From contig JAYZQJ010000128.1 of assembly GCA_036149055.1 (NCBI GenBank), positions 97,317 through 161,316 of the forward strand: 64,000 nt of DNA, in the 5' to 3' direction. Source of the stretch: Myxococcota bacterium. Lineage in GTDB: Bacteria; Myxococcota_A; Polyangia; Polyangiales; Sandaracinaceae. Below, one piece after another: positions 20,495 to 38,054 of the stretch (position 1 is its first letter; every line of letters starts with the position of its first letter). The notes below the pieces were generated by a model. It was not told where the DNA came from. It ran no database searches and saw nothing but the letters and a program-made list of their open reading frames with translations. The position numbers and the translations under genes are program-made.

Positions 20495-21952
20495 TCAGTC
20501 CTCGGCTGGCCACCACCAGTCGTAGGGCGACATGTGGTCGCAGCGAGGGCACAGGGTGTCGTCGAAGACCTCCTCGCAGCGCGGGCACTGGCCGCCGTGC
20601 TCGAAGGTGTTGAACGCCTCGCCCTCGCAGGCGTGGCACTGCCAGTGATGCGCGCCGTCCGGGATCCAGGCGCAGCAGGGACACTTCACGCCGCGCTCGA
20701 CGTAGCGGGGATCGGCGTCGGCCTGGTCGCCGGCGATGGCGCCGCTGAAGGTGGCCACGTCCCTCATGCGCTCGAGCGCGGCGAGGTGGCTCTCGTCGGG
20801 GCCGATCGCGCCGCGGATCGCGCCGCCGCACCCCGGACAGACCTCGGACGCCGCGCGCAGCGGGGTCTCGCAGTGCGAGCAGATGTCGCCGCGGCGGATG
20901 CGCTTGCCGAGGAAGTAGGCGGCCACGGTGAGCACCGGGAGCACGAAGAGCGCGGCCCGGATCACCGTCGACGACCCGGAGATCAGCGCGGCGACGAAGC
21001 CGAAGATCGAGAGGAAGCCCGCGCTGGTGGCCAGGCTCCAGCCGCGGTGCTGACGGCGACGGAGGACGGGGCGGCCGGCGTTGACCGCCCTCTCCGGCGG
21101 AGGCGGCGTGGGCGGACGCCAGCCGTCGTCGACCAGCGGCTCCGGCGGCGCGGTCTCCTCGTCGGGCCAGCCGTCGGGCGGCGGCAGCCCGAGCGCGTCG
21201 AGGAGCGCGTCACGGTCCCCGGAGAGCTCGGTCACGAAGCCATCGAGCCAGCGCGCCTCGTTCGGGCCGAGGTGAGCCCGGTAGCGGGCCAGACGCTCGG
21301 CTTCGACGTCGCGCGCGACGAGCTGCGCGGCGAGGAGGAAGCACGCCTCGTCGGGGGCCAGCGCGCCGAGGCAGCGGTGGACCCAGCGGGTGACCGCCAC
21401 GTAGCCGGTCATCTCTCCTTCGGCGCGGTAGACGTGGGCGCCCTTGGCCACCAGCAGCCCGAAGCCGAGGTAGCAGGCGGTGAGCGAGACCTCCTCCTCC
21501 AGCTCCTCGTCCGGGATCGCCTCGGCGTCCTCGAAGGCCGGCGCGCGGTAGGGGTGCTGGACCGGCCCGCTCCGGAGCTCGCGGTAGATGCGCGCCGCCT
21601 CGTGGGCCAGCGTCAGCGGCACGTCCTCGGCCGGCCCCTCCGCGTAGACGTGCAGGTCCACCCCGCGCTCGTCGAGCCCGGCGACCACGCAGACGGTCTC
21701 GGCCAGCCGATCGAGCCCCGGCCGCGCCTGACCCTCGACGTCCACCTCGAGCCCGCCGAGGCCGGCGTAGGTGAGGAGGCGACGCATCACCGTGCGCACG
21801 CCCCGCAGGTCCGGCGTGTAGGCGTCGGGGAAGCCGCGATCGCTGGGCTCGACGATCGGCGCCGCGACCCAGGACTCGTGGCCCCACCGCGCGATGAGCC
21901 CGCGCATCCGGTCCAGCAGCTGCGCGCGCTCGTCTTGCCCCAGCTCGGTCAT
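20495..21952 (-). CDS. Membrane protein with N-terminal zincin-like region and C-terminal zinc ribbons
   Basis: LAHEAAR (HExxH-like but lacking the 2nd His); two TM helices; CSHC/CPGC, CPCC, CHAC, CPRC x2. Confidence 0.7.
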   Translation of the reverse strand: MTELGQDERAQLLDRMRGLIARWGHESWVAAPIVEPSDRGFPDAYTPDLRGVRTVMRRLLTYAGLGGLEVDVEGQARPGLDRLAETVCVVAGLDERGVDLHVYAEGPAEDVPLTLAHEAARIYRELRSGPVQHPYRAPAFEDAEAIPDEELEEEVSLTACYLGFGLLVAKGAHVYRAEGEMTGYVAVTRWVHRCLGALAPDEACFLLAAQLVARDVEAERLARYRAHLGPNEARWLDGFVTELSGDRDALLDALGLPPPDGWPDEETAPPEPLVDDGWRPPTPPPPERAVNAGRPVLRRRQHRGWSLATSAGFLSIFGFVAALISGSSTVIRAALFVLPVLTVAAYFLGKRIRRGDICSHCETPLRAASEVCPGCGGAIRGAIGPDESHLAALERMRDVATFSGAIAGDQADADPRYVERGVKCPCCAWIPDGAHHWQCHACEGEAFNTFEHGGQCPRCEEVFDDTLCPRCDHMSPYDWWWPAED

Positions 21953-21990
21953 CGCCTCCCCGGTGTGCCTGTCGCCGGGGAGGCCGTCAA

Positions 21991-31356
<9,366 letters not shown>

Positions 31357-31430
31357 CCAACCACCCTCCGGCAGATAGAGTACCAGAATCCGCTTGGGGT
31401 GGACTAAAGATATACTGGACTGGCCACAGC

Positions 31431-31886
31431 TCAGGCGGAAGAGGGCCGTCGCCGGGGGCGAATCCGCGGGATCCCGCGCTCGATCAGGTGCTTCGCGACC
31501 GCCCGGGCGGCTCGTCGCGACAGCTCGCCGCAGACCCGCTCGTCGCCGTCGGAGAGCACCAACACCAGCGGCCGGCCGGGGATCATGTCGTCGAAGTAGA
31601 CCGCGCCGAGCTCCTCGAGCCGCACCTCGAAGTCGCGCTGCGGCGTCGCGCCTTCGTAGCGAAGTCGATCCTCGGTCACCTCGACCGCCACCCGGTGCCA
31701 GGCCCAGACCCGCGACGCCACCCAGAGCGCGAGCGGCGCGGTGAGCAGGATCCAGCCCTGCCACCCGCGCACCACCAGCCCCAGCCCCCAGAGCACCGCG
31801 AAGCCGCCCACGTAGACGATCACGAGAGAGGCCACCCGCGTGATCCCGCGCGGCCACCCGATCCCTCGAAACACGACCGGCGACAC
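31431..31886 (-). CDS. Two-TM membrane protein with bacterial PH-like C-terminal domain
   Basis: Two hydrophobic helices followed by a beta-rich VEVTEDRLRY segment. Confidence 0.65.
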   Translation of the reverse strand: MSPVVFRGIGWPRGITRVASLVIVYVGGFAVLWGLGLVVRGWQGWILLTAPLALWVASRVWAWHRVAVEVTEDRLRYEGATPQRDFEVRLEELGAVYFDDMIPGRPLVLVLSDGDERVCGELSRRAARAVAKHLIERGIPRIRPRRRPSSA

Positions 31887-31952
31887 CCCCCAAACCTATC
31901 AGGTCACCCGCCCTCGTGGTCCCGGAGATGATCCCCGGAAGATCAGAGACGA

Positions 31953-31998
31953 ACGTAGGCATTCGACCTACGTAAGTTCACAAGTTCACTCCGTCCCC
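31953..31998. repeat. REP-like dispersed motif, copy 2
   Basis: ACGTAGG-CATT-CGACCTACGT palindrome plus AAGTTCACAAGTTCACTCCGTCCCC; matches 4723-4768. Confidence 0.75.
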
Positions 31999-32044
31999 TC
32001 TCCCCAACCGAGGACGTCGCATCGAACGAACGGAGAGGTCCGAT

Positions 32045-32217
32045 CCCGCGGCAGCGGGCGGCCAGCGAGCGCGAAGCGCGAGCGCGAGCCGCAGGGCCCC
32101 CAGCGCCCCGTCGCTGGGGTCGCGGCGCGAGCGCCAAGCGCGACGCGCCGACGGAGTCGGGAGGGGGGCCCCATTGGCGCTTTGCCCAATGGGGGGAGGG
32201 TTTGCACCAAACCCTCC
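32045..32217. repeat. Intergenic multi-hairpin structured element
   Basis: Perfect stems at 32098-32105/32112-32119, 32169-32177/32186-32194 and 32195-32204/32208-32217, plus GCGC-GAA-GCGC mini-hairpins. Confidence 0.6.
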
Positions 32218-32224
32218 AAGAAAC

Positions 32225-32929
32225 TCAGCGAATCCCGGCGAGGGCGAGGAGCAGCATCGCCCCCATCACTCCGTAGGTGACGCGGTGGCTCCCGCGCTCG
32301 CCGATCCGGTCCCGGATCCGGCGGCCGACGAGGTTGCCCGCGACCAGGCCGATCATGAGCAGCGCGCTCAGCCCGAAGGTGGACGCGTCGATCGCGCCGC
32401 CGGCGCCGTAGCCGAGGATGCGGGCCACGTGCATGGCGGCCGCGCTCGCGCTCGCGGTGGCGATGAAGGCGTCGCCGCGCAGCCCGGCCGCGAGCAGGAG
32501 CGGAGAGACGAACACCCCGGCGCCGCTGGTGGCGGCGACCCCCCCGGCCACCACCCCGGCGGGCGCCAGCGATCGCGGGCCGGGGCTCCAGCGCAGCCAG
32601 CCGAGCGCCCGAGCGACCGCGAGCGCGCTGACCGCGAGGAGGATCCAGGGCAGGGCCTCGGCGGGGAGGCTCACCGCGACCAGGCTGCCGACGAGCGCGC
32701 CAGGGAACGCGCCGGCCACGAAGACCCCCGCGACCCGACGGTCGAGCGAGCCTCGGAACAGCCAGAGCCGGTGCAGGTTCGCCGCGAGCAGCGCCGGGGC
32801 GGTCGCCGCGAGGGCGGTGATCGGATCGGCGGCGAGCGAGATCGTGAGCACGAGCAGGATCCCGCCGCCCATGCCGGCGACGGTCGAGAGCGCCCCGGCG
32901 CCGAGGCCGAGCGCGGGCAACATCCACAT
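32225..32929 (-). CDS. Sulfite exporter TauE/SafE (TSUP) family protein
   Basis: GGAGG RBS before ATG 32929; AGMGGG, GAFPGALVG; about 8 TM helices; divergent from LysR. Confidence 0.82.
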   Translation of the reverse strand: MWMLPALGLGAGALSTVAGMGGGILLVLTISLAADPITALAATAPALLAANLHRLWLFRGSLDRRVAGVFVAGAFPGALVGSLVAVSLPAEALPWILLAVSALAVARALGWLRWSPGPRSLAPAGVVAGGVAATSGAGVFVSPLLLAAGLRGDAFIATASASAAAMHVARILGYGAGGAIDASTFGLSALLMIGLVAGNLVGRRIRDRIGERGSHRVTYGVMGAMLLLALAGIR

Positions 32930-33052
32930 GACGGAGTCCTCCCTCCAGCGCAGCGCGCCGGGGTTTCGAGGGGCCCGGCGCCGAAGGCGCGGCGGGCTGA
33001 CGAGTCCATCGTGGAGCCCGGGTGACCATCCGTCCAATGGAACATCCCGAGC

Positions 33053-33075
33053 ATATCGATAAGCTATCCGGATAG
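33053..33075. promoter_or_regulatory. Putative LysR-type binding site and adjacent palindrome
   Basis: ATA-N9-TAT (T-N11-A) at 33053-33067. Perfect palindrome CTATCCGGATAG at 33064-33075, directly before the lysR ATG. Confidence 0.6.
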
Positions 33076-33921
33076 ATGCTGGACGCCCTCCATCACTTCC
33101 TGCTCATCGTCGAGCACGGCACCTTCACCGCGGCGGCGAAGGCCGCCCACCTCTCCCAGCCCGCGCTCAGCGCGTCGATCCAGCGGCTGGAGGAGGCGCA
33201 CGGGGCGCGGCTGCTCGACCGGGGGCGCCGGGGCGCGTCCCCGACCGCGGCCGGGCGAGCGCTGATCCCGCGCGCGCGGGCGGCGCTGAGCGCGGTGGAG
33301 GAGGGGAAGCGCGCGGTGCGCGAGGTGCTGGAGCTCGAGCGCGGCGAGGTGCGGCTCGGCGCCGGGGCGACCGCCTGCACGTATCTCCTGCCGCCGACCC
33401 TGGCCGACTTCCGCCGGGCCCACCCGGGCGTGCGCTTCTGGCTGCGGGAGACCACCACCGAGGAGGCCATCGACGCGGTCGACGCCGGCGAGCTCGACCT
33501 GGCCGTCGTCACCCACCCGCGCGGCGACCGCTGGTTCGAAGACGAGCTGATCGTGGTGGCCGCGCCCGAGACCGATCCCGAGGGGGCGCCGTTCGTGACC
33601 TTCCGGGTCGGGGCGACGACCCGCGCGCTCTTCGACGCCCACTTCCCCGGCGCCGAGGTCGCGATGGAGCTCGGCGGCATCGCGGCGGTGAAGACGCACG
33701 TGCGCATGGGCATCGGGCTCGCGCTGGTGAGCCGGCACTCGGTGGCCACCGATCTCCGCCTCGGCCGCCTGGTCGAGGTGCCCCACCCGAACACCCCGCT
33801 CACGCGGTCGCTCCACCTCGTGCACCGCGGGCTGGAGCGCCTCCCGCCGGCCGCCGCCGCGCTGCGGGAGCGCATGCTCTCGAGCCCGCCGCGGGTGCTC
33901 GACGATCTGGAGGGCCCGTGA
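33076..33921 (+). CDS. LysR family transcriptional regulator
   Basis: HGTFTAAAKAAHLSQPALSASIQRLE HTH; GEVRLGA; GELDLAV. Confidence 0.95.
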   Translation: MLDALHHFLLIVEHGTFTAAAKAAHLSQPALSASIQRLEEAHGARLLDRGRRGASPTAAGRALIPRARAALSAVEEGKRAVREVLELERGEVRLGAGATACTYLLPPTLADFRRAHPGVRFWLRETTTEEAIDAVDAGELDLAVVTHPRGDRWFEDELIVVAAPETDPEGAPFVTFRVGATTRALFDAHFPGAEVAMELGGIAAVKTHVRMGIGLALVSRHSVATDLRLGRLVEVPHPNTPLTRSLHLVHRGLERLPPAAAALRERMLSSPPRVLDDLEGP

Positions 33922-34040
33922 AGGGGCGCGCGCGCGGTGATAGGTTGGCCAGGAGGGGCGGGCGACCCCAGGTCCGACGGCGGCGGGGCGTAACGCCGGG
34001 AGGCGCGCGCGGCTCGGTGGGGATGGGGATGGAGATGACG

Positions 34041-34637
34041 ATGACGAGGACGACGGCGATCGCGCTGGGCGTCGCGCTGGGGCTCCTGGCAGCCCCCGCC
34101 GCGGCCCAGCAGGACCTCACCCCCACCGGCCCGGCGGGCGTGCTCAGGCTGGGCAAGCTCTACAGCTTCGGCGGCGGCACCCAGCTCGAGCACGGGTTCG
34201 GCATGGATCTGCGCTACGAGCTCCACCCCGACGCGGCCCTCGACGGCTACGGCGGCCTGTTCGCCCAGGGGCAGTACGAGCTCGGCGACGCCTGGCGCAT
34301 GGCCGGGGGGCTCACCGGCGGCTGGGGCGCGTTCGGCCTCGAGGTCGGCGTCTCGCACCGCACCGCCACCGCCACCTACGCCGGCTCCACCGGCCTGCAC
34401 ATCGGTCAGAGCCTCACCTTCGGGCCGGTCTCGATCGGCGGCCGGCTCACGATCCCGCTCGTCGATCACCTGCCGCAGAACGTGGCCGCCATGCCCGCCG
34501 TGCAGGGCATCGAGGGCGCGGTGACCCTGCGCATGAGCTTCGGGTTCACCGTGCACGGCGAGCGTCGCGCGCGCCGCAGCTGCCACCCCCACGGCCACTC
34601 GCGCGGCCACGGGCCGCACGGCGCGCACGGGCAATGA
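34041..34637 (+). CDS. Secreted beta-rich (possible outer-membrane) protein with His-rich tail
   Basis: Signal peptide ending AAAQ; alternating beta-strand pattern; C-terminus HPHGHSRGHGPHGAHGQ. Start uncertain (34023/34035/34041). Confidence 0.7.
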   Translation: MTRTTAIALGVALGLLAAPAAAQQDLTPTGPAGVLRLGKLYSFGGGTQLEHGFGMDLRYELHPDAALDGYGGLFAQGQYELGDAWRMAGGLTGGWGAFGLEVGVSHRTATATYAGSTGLHIGQSLTFGPVSIGGRLTIPLVDHLPQNVAAMPAVQGIEGAVTLRMSFGFTVHGERRARRSCHPHGHSRGHGPHGAHGQ

Positions 34638-34693
34638 ACGAATCGGGCGGCTCGCCCGCGTGAGCGACGCCGGAGAGGCGTTATACTATCGCG

Positions 34694-35164
34694 GTGCGCC
34701 GATGGCTCCCGACCCTGCTGCTCCTCGGCGCGGCGGCCCTGATCGCGGACGCCGCGGACGTCGCTGCGCAGACGGAGACCCTCGAGCCGGCGCGTCGGCT
34801 GGTGGCGACGGTCATCACCCGGAACGACGACGGCCGGGTGTTCTGCGCCATCTGGGGCGCGCGGGACGGCTACCCCACCCGGCGCGAGCACGCGGTGGGG
34901 CAGACCCTCGACCGCACCATCGAGGGGCGCCGCGCGCACTGCGTGTTCGAGGACGTGCCCCCCGGCGAGTACGCGCTCGCCGCGTTCCACGACGAGAACG
35001 CCAACAACGACCTCGACCGGAACATGTTCGGCATCCCGAGCGAGGGCACCGGCGCCTCCAACGACGCCTACAACCCGTTCGGCCCGCCGCGCTGGGACGA
35101 CGCCCGCTTCCGCGTCGACCGCGCCGAGCCGATCCACCAGCTCCGCGTGCACATCCATTATTGA
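34694..35164 (+). CDS. DUF2141 family secreted protein
   Basis: PGEYALAAFHDENANNDLDRNMFGIPSEGTGASN, PFGPP. Confidence 0.88.
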   Translation: MRRWLPTLLLLGAAALIADAADVAAQTETLEPARRLVATVITRNDDGRVFCAIWGARDGYPTRREHAVGQTLDRTIEGRRAHCVFEDVPPGEYALAAFHDENANNDLDRNMFGIPSEGTGASNDAYNPFGPPRWDDARFRVDRAEPIHQLRVHIHY

Positions 35165-35179
35165 TCGGAGCCGGACGAT

Positions 35180-36640
35180 CTACTTGGCGAGGTTCGCGTT
35201 GACGTAGGTGTCCTCGCTGGTGACGTCGCGCACGAGGTGAGGCGCGAGCCACTCGGGGATCACCACCTCGGTCTCGGCGTCGTCGAGCTCGACCTCGGCG
35301 AGGAAGAGCTCGCGGTCGGTGAAGGCGTCGATCTCCCAGACGAAGCCGCCGCTCTCGACGCGGTAGCGCTTCTTCTGCACCCGCTTGCCTTCGGTCAGCG
35401 CCCAGAGGGTCTCGAAGGTCGCGCGGTCGCAGTCCTCTTCGATCTCGATGCGGGTGAGCCCGCGCCCCGACTTCACGGTGCGCACGTACCGCTCGTGGCC
35501 GGCAGAGCGGATCCGCCGGATGCGCTCGATGAGGCGCTCGCCCGGCACGTAGCCCTGATCGAGCTCGAGCGGCTCGACCGTGTGACAGCTCTCGGGCAGC
35601 CCGCTGAGCAGGTACTTTCGCTCGATCTCCACCCCGGCCGGCGACGCGGGCTTGCCGCGGAGCGAGGCGGTGAAGGCGCGAAGATCCGCCTCGAGCGCGG
35701 CGAGCGCGCCCCCCTCGACCAGCCAGCCCTTCAGCAGGTCGTCGAGCAGCCGGGTGCGGCCGTCGTGCGTGCGCTGGAGCAGGGCGACCAGCCCCGGGCG
35801 CTCGTCGGCGGCCAGCTCCTCGGTGAGCTCGCCCCCGATCCCGGTCGCCGCGTCGCGCAGGCGCCGGGCCCGCTCCAGCGCCGAGGTCTCGAGCGCCTCG
35901 CCCACCGTGGCCGCGAGGTTGTGCAGGTCGTTCAGGTCGCCGAGCAGGTCCTGCAGCGCCTTGAGCCGCTTCACCAGCGCCTTGGCCTCGTCGCGCTCGG
36001 GGCGCAGCGGCTCGAGCAGGTACCGCAGCCGCTTGCCGTGGATGCGCGCCTCGTGCGCGATCGCCTCGTCCTCGATGCCCTTCACCTGCGCGAGCGTCCC
36101 CGCGAGCGCGTCGAGCTCTCGGTCCAGCGCGTCGGCCGCGGCCTCGGCGAAGCGCGGCGCGCGCCGGGGCTCTCCCACCCGGTGGGTCACCGTGTAGACC
36201 GACAGCTCCTCGTGCACCGCGTCCTTCAGCTTCTCGAAGCGCCGGTGCAGCTCCTCCCGGACGTGGGCGTAGGCCTCGTCCTTCTGGGCGGCGAGCCGGT
36301 CGGCGACCAGCGCGAGCCCCGGCTTCGCGTCGGGCCGCGCGCCGTCCGCGAGCCGCTCCACGAGCTCGAGCTGCACCTCCGCGTCGCGGCCCGGGTTCGT
36401 GCGCCGCGCGATCTTGCCGAGGCGACCTCGCTGCTTCTTGGCCAGGCCCGGCCCGAAGATCTCCCGGTAGGCGCGCAGACACGAGCGGAGGCGCCGCATC
36501 CCGACCCGGAAGTCGTGCAGCGCCTCCGGGTCCTCGGTGTCGTGCAGCCGGTTGGAAGCCTTCGTGGCCTGGCTCAGGTAACGCAGCGCCACGCGCCGCG
36601 CGCCCTCCTGCGCCGTGCAATCGAGGAGCTTGCCCGCCAT
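35180..36640 (-). CDS. CHAD domain plus C-terminal CYTH domain protein
   Basis: CHAD: EALHDFRVGMRRLRS, HEARIHGKRLRY, LQDLLGDLND. CYTH: EIERKYL, QGY, KKRY, LAEVEL. Confidence 0.88.
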   Translation of the reverse strand: MAGKLLDCTAQEGARRVALRYLSQATKASNRLHDTEDPEALHDFRVGMRRLRSCLRAYREIFGPGLAKKQRGRLGKIARRTNPGRDAEVQLELVERLADGARPDAKPGLALVADRLAAQKDEAYAHVREELHRRFEKLKDAVHEELSVYTVTHRVGEPRRAPRFAEAAADALDRELDALAGTLAQVKGIEDEAIAHEARIHGKRLRYLLEPLRPERDEAKALVKRLKALQDLLGDLNDLHNLAATVGEALETSALERARRLRDAATGIGGELTEELAADERPGLVALLQRTHDGRTRLLDDLLKGWLVEGGALAALEADLRAFTASLRGKPASPAGVEIERKYLLSGLPESCHTVEPLELDQGYVPGERLIERIRRIRSAGHERYVRTVKSGRGLTRIEIEEDCDRATFETLWALTEGKRVQKKRYRVESGGFVWEIDAFTDRELFLAEVELDDAETEVVIPEWLAPHLVRDVTSEDTYVNANLAK

Positions 36641-36673
36641 GGTCGGCAGCCATAGCACCCCGACCCGCGGCGG

Positions 36674-37948
36674 TCAGGGCCCGACGTTCGGCGCGGTGCC
36701 CTCGAGCAGCTGCCCGAGCCACTGCGCGGGGACCGCGTCGCTCATGCTGTCGTAGAAGCAGCCGCCGGAGATGCACGTGTGGCCGGAGCCGGGGGTGTAG
36801 AAGGTGCGGAAGACCCCGCCCTCCATCTCCGAGGCGGCGCGGAAGCCCTCGAGCCCGGCCCGGAACTCGCTCTCCGGCACGTTGGCGAAGAGCCCCGGTC
36901 GGCAGTCGTTGTTGCCGTAGCCGTAGAAGCTCCGGATCACGAAGTCGCCGGTGGTGCTGAAGAGGCCGGCCGGTCGATCCGGGTAGCGCCGCATGAGGTG
37001 CACGGCGTAGTCGAGGATCCAGTCGTTCGGGTCCGGGCAGTCGTCACCGCAGTCGGCGAGGACGGTGTCGTCGAGGTTCCAGGCCTCGCGCCACTGCTGC
37101 TGGAGGCAGGGCGCGACGACCTCGCTCGACATCGGCGGCCCGGAGTCGTCGAGCAGCATCACCGGCACCGGGCCGAACATGTCCGAGACCTGCTGGTAGT
37201 TCGCGGCCGCGCCGAAGCCGCCCGCGCTCACCCCCGTCAGCAGCACCCGGCGGCGGTCCCGGAAGGTGGGCACCAGCCGCTCGGCGAAGAGGCCCATGTT
37301 GGCGTAGCCCACGAAGTTCTGCGGCCGCGAGACGCCCTCGATCATCGCGCCGGGGTTGTTGCCCGCGTGCACGTCGCCCGTGCAGTAGGGGACGTAGACC
37401 ATGCTCCAGTCGCCGACCGGGTTCTCGGGGTTGTCGCGGTCGAAGATCCCGGCCGTCGGGCCGCCCCGGTAGTCGGTGTCGGTGGTGATCCGATCGCACT
37501 GGGCGTTGAAGCACGCGCCGCCGCCCTCGAGGAAGATGAACACCGAGTCGGAGTCGGGGTTGAGGCTCACCGCGAAGCCCGCGGGGCTGCCGTCGCGACA
37601 CTGGGCGCCTTCGATCTCGAAGAACTGCCAGGTCAGCGGCGCGTCGACCGCGAGCGGCTCGCCGGTCGCCTCCTCCCAGATCGTGCAGTCCGGCTGGCAG
37701 CCGTCGAAGGGCTCCGTGTTGCCGTCGTCGCACTCCTCGCCGGGATCCATCGCGCCGTTGCCGCAGCCCATCGGCGGCGGCGGCGGTCCGCCGTCCTCCA
37801 CGGGCGGGGTGTCGCCGTCCGTCCGCGTGATCGCGCCGTCGCGATCCGGAGGCGTCACCCCCGAGTCCACGTCCACCTCTCCGCCGTCACATCCGACGAG
37901 GATCATCAGCGCGGCCGCCACCGCGCTCCCCCAAGCTCGCTGTCCCAT
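36674..37948 (-). CDS. Pectin acetylesterase-family lipoprotein with one Myxococcus Cys-rich repeat
   Basis: ILVG-C lipobox; CGNG...EECDDGN; CRDGS, FLEGGGAC, VPYCTGDVHAG, GVSAGG, DDSGP, H near the C-terminus. Confidence 0.88.
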   Translation of the reverse strand: MGQRAWGSAVAAALMILVGCDGGEVDVDSGVTPPDRDGAITRTDGDTPPVEDGGPPPPPMGCGNGAMDPGEECDDGNTEPFDGCQPDCTIWEEATGEPLAVDAPLTWQFFEIEGAQCRDGSPAGFAVSLNPDSDSVFIFLEGGGACFNAQCDRITTDTDYRGGPTAGIFDRDNPENPVGDWSMVYVPYCTGDVHAGNNPGAMIEGVSRPQNFVGYANMGLFAERLVPTFRDRRRVLLTGVSAGGFGAAANYQQVSDMFGPVPVMLLDDSGPPMSSEVVAPCLQQQWREAWNLDDTVLADCGDDCPDPNDWILDYAVHLMRRYPDRPAGLFSTTGDFVIRSFYGYGNNDCRPGLFANVPESEFRAGLEGFRAASEMEGGVFRTFYTPGSGHTCISGGCFYDSMSDAVPAQWLGQLLEGTAPNVGP

Positions 37949-38054
37949 GCGCCCTCCCGACCGTGAGAATCGCCACAAGCTATTGAACCGAAGCCAGTAG
38001 GTCAACGGGGGCCGGTCGTTTGGCGCGCCGGAGGGCCTCCCTCACAATGGCCGC

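Noticed and set aside
31357..31962. N-terminal 202 aa of the track's 3323-aa ORF
   Set aside because: The real start is ATG 31356 (RBS plus signal peptide); the extension overlaps the separate gene 31431..31886.
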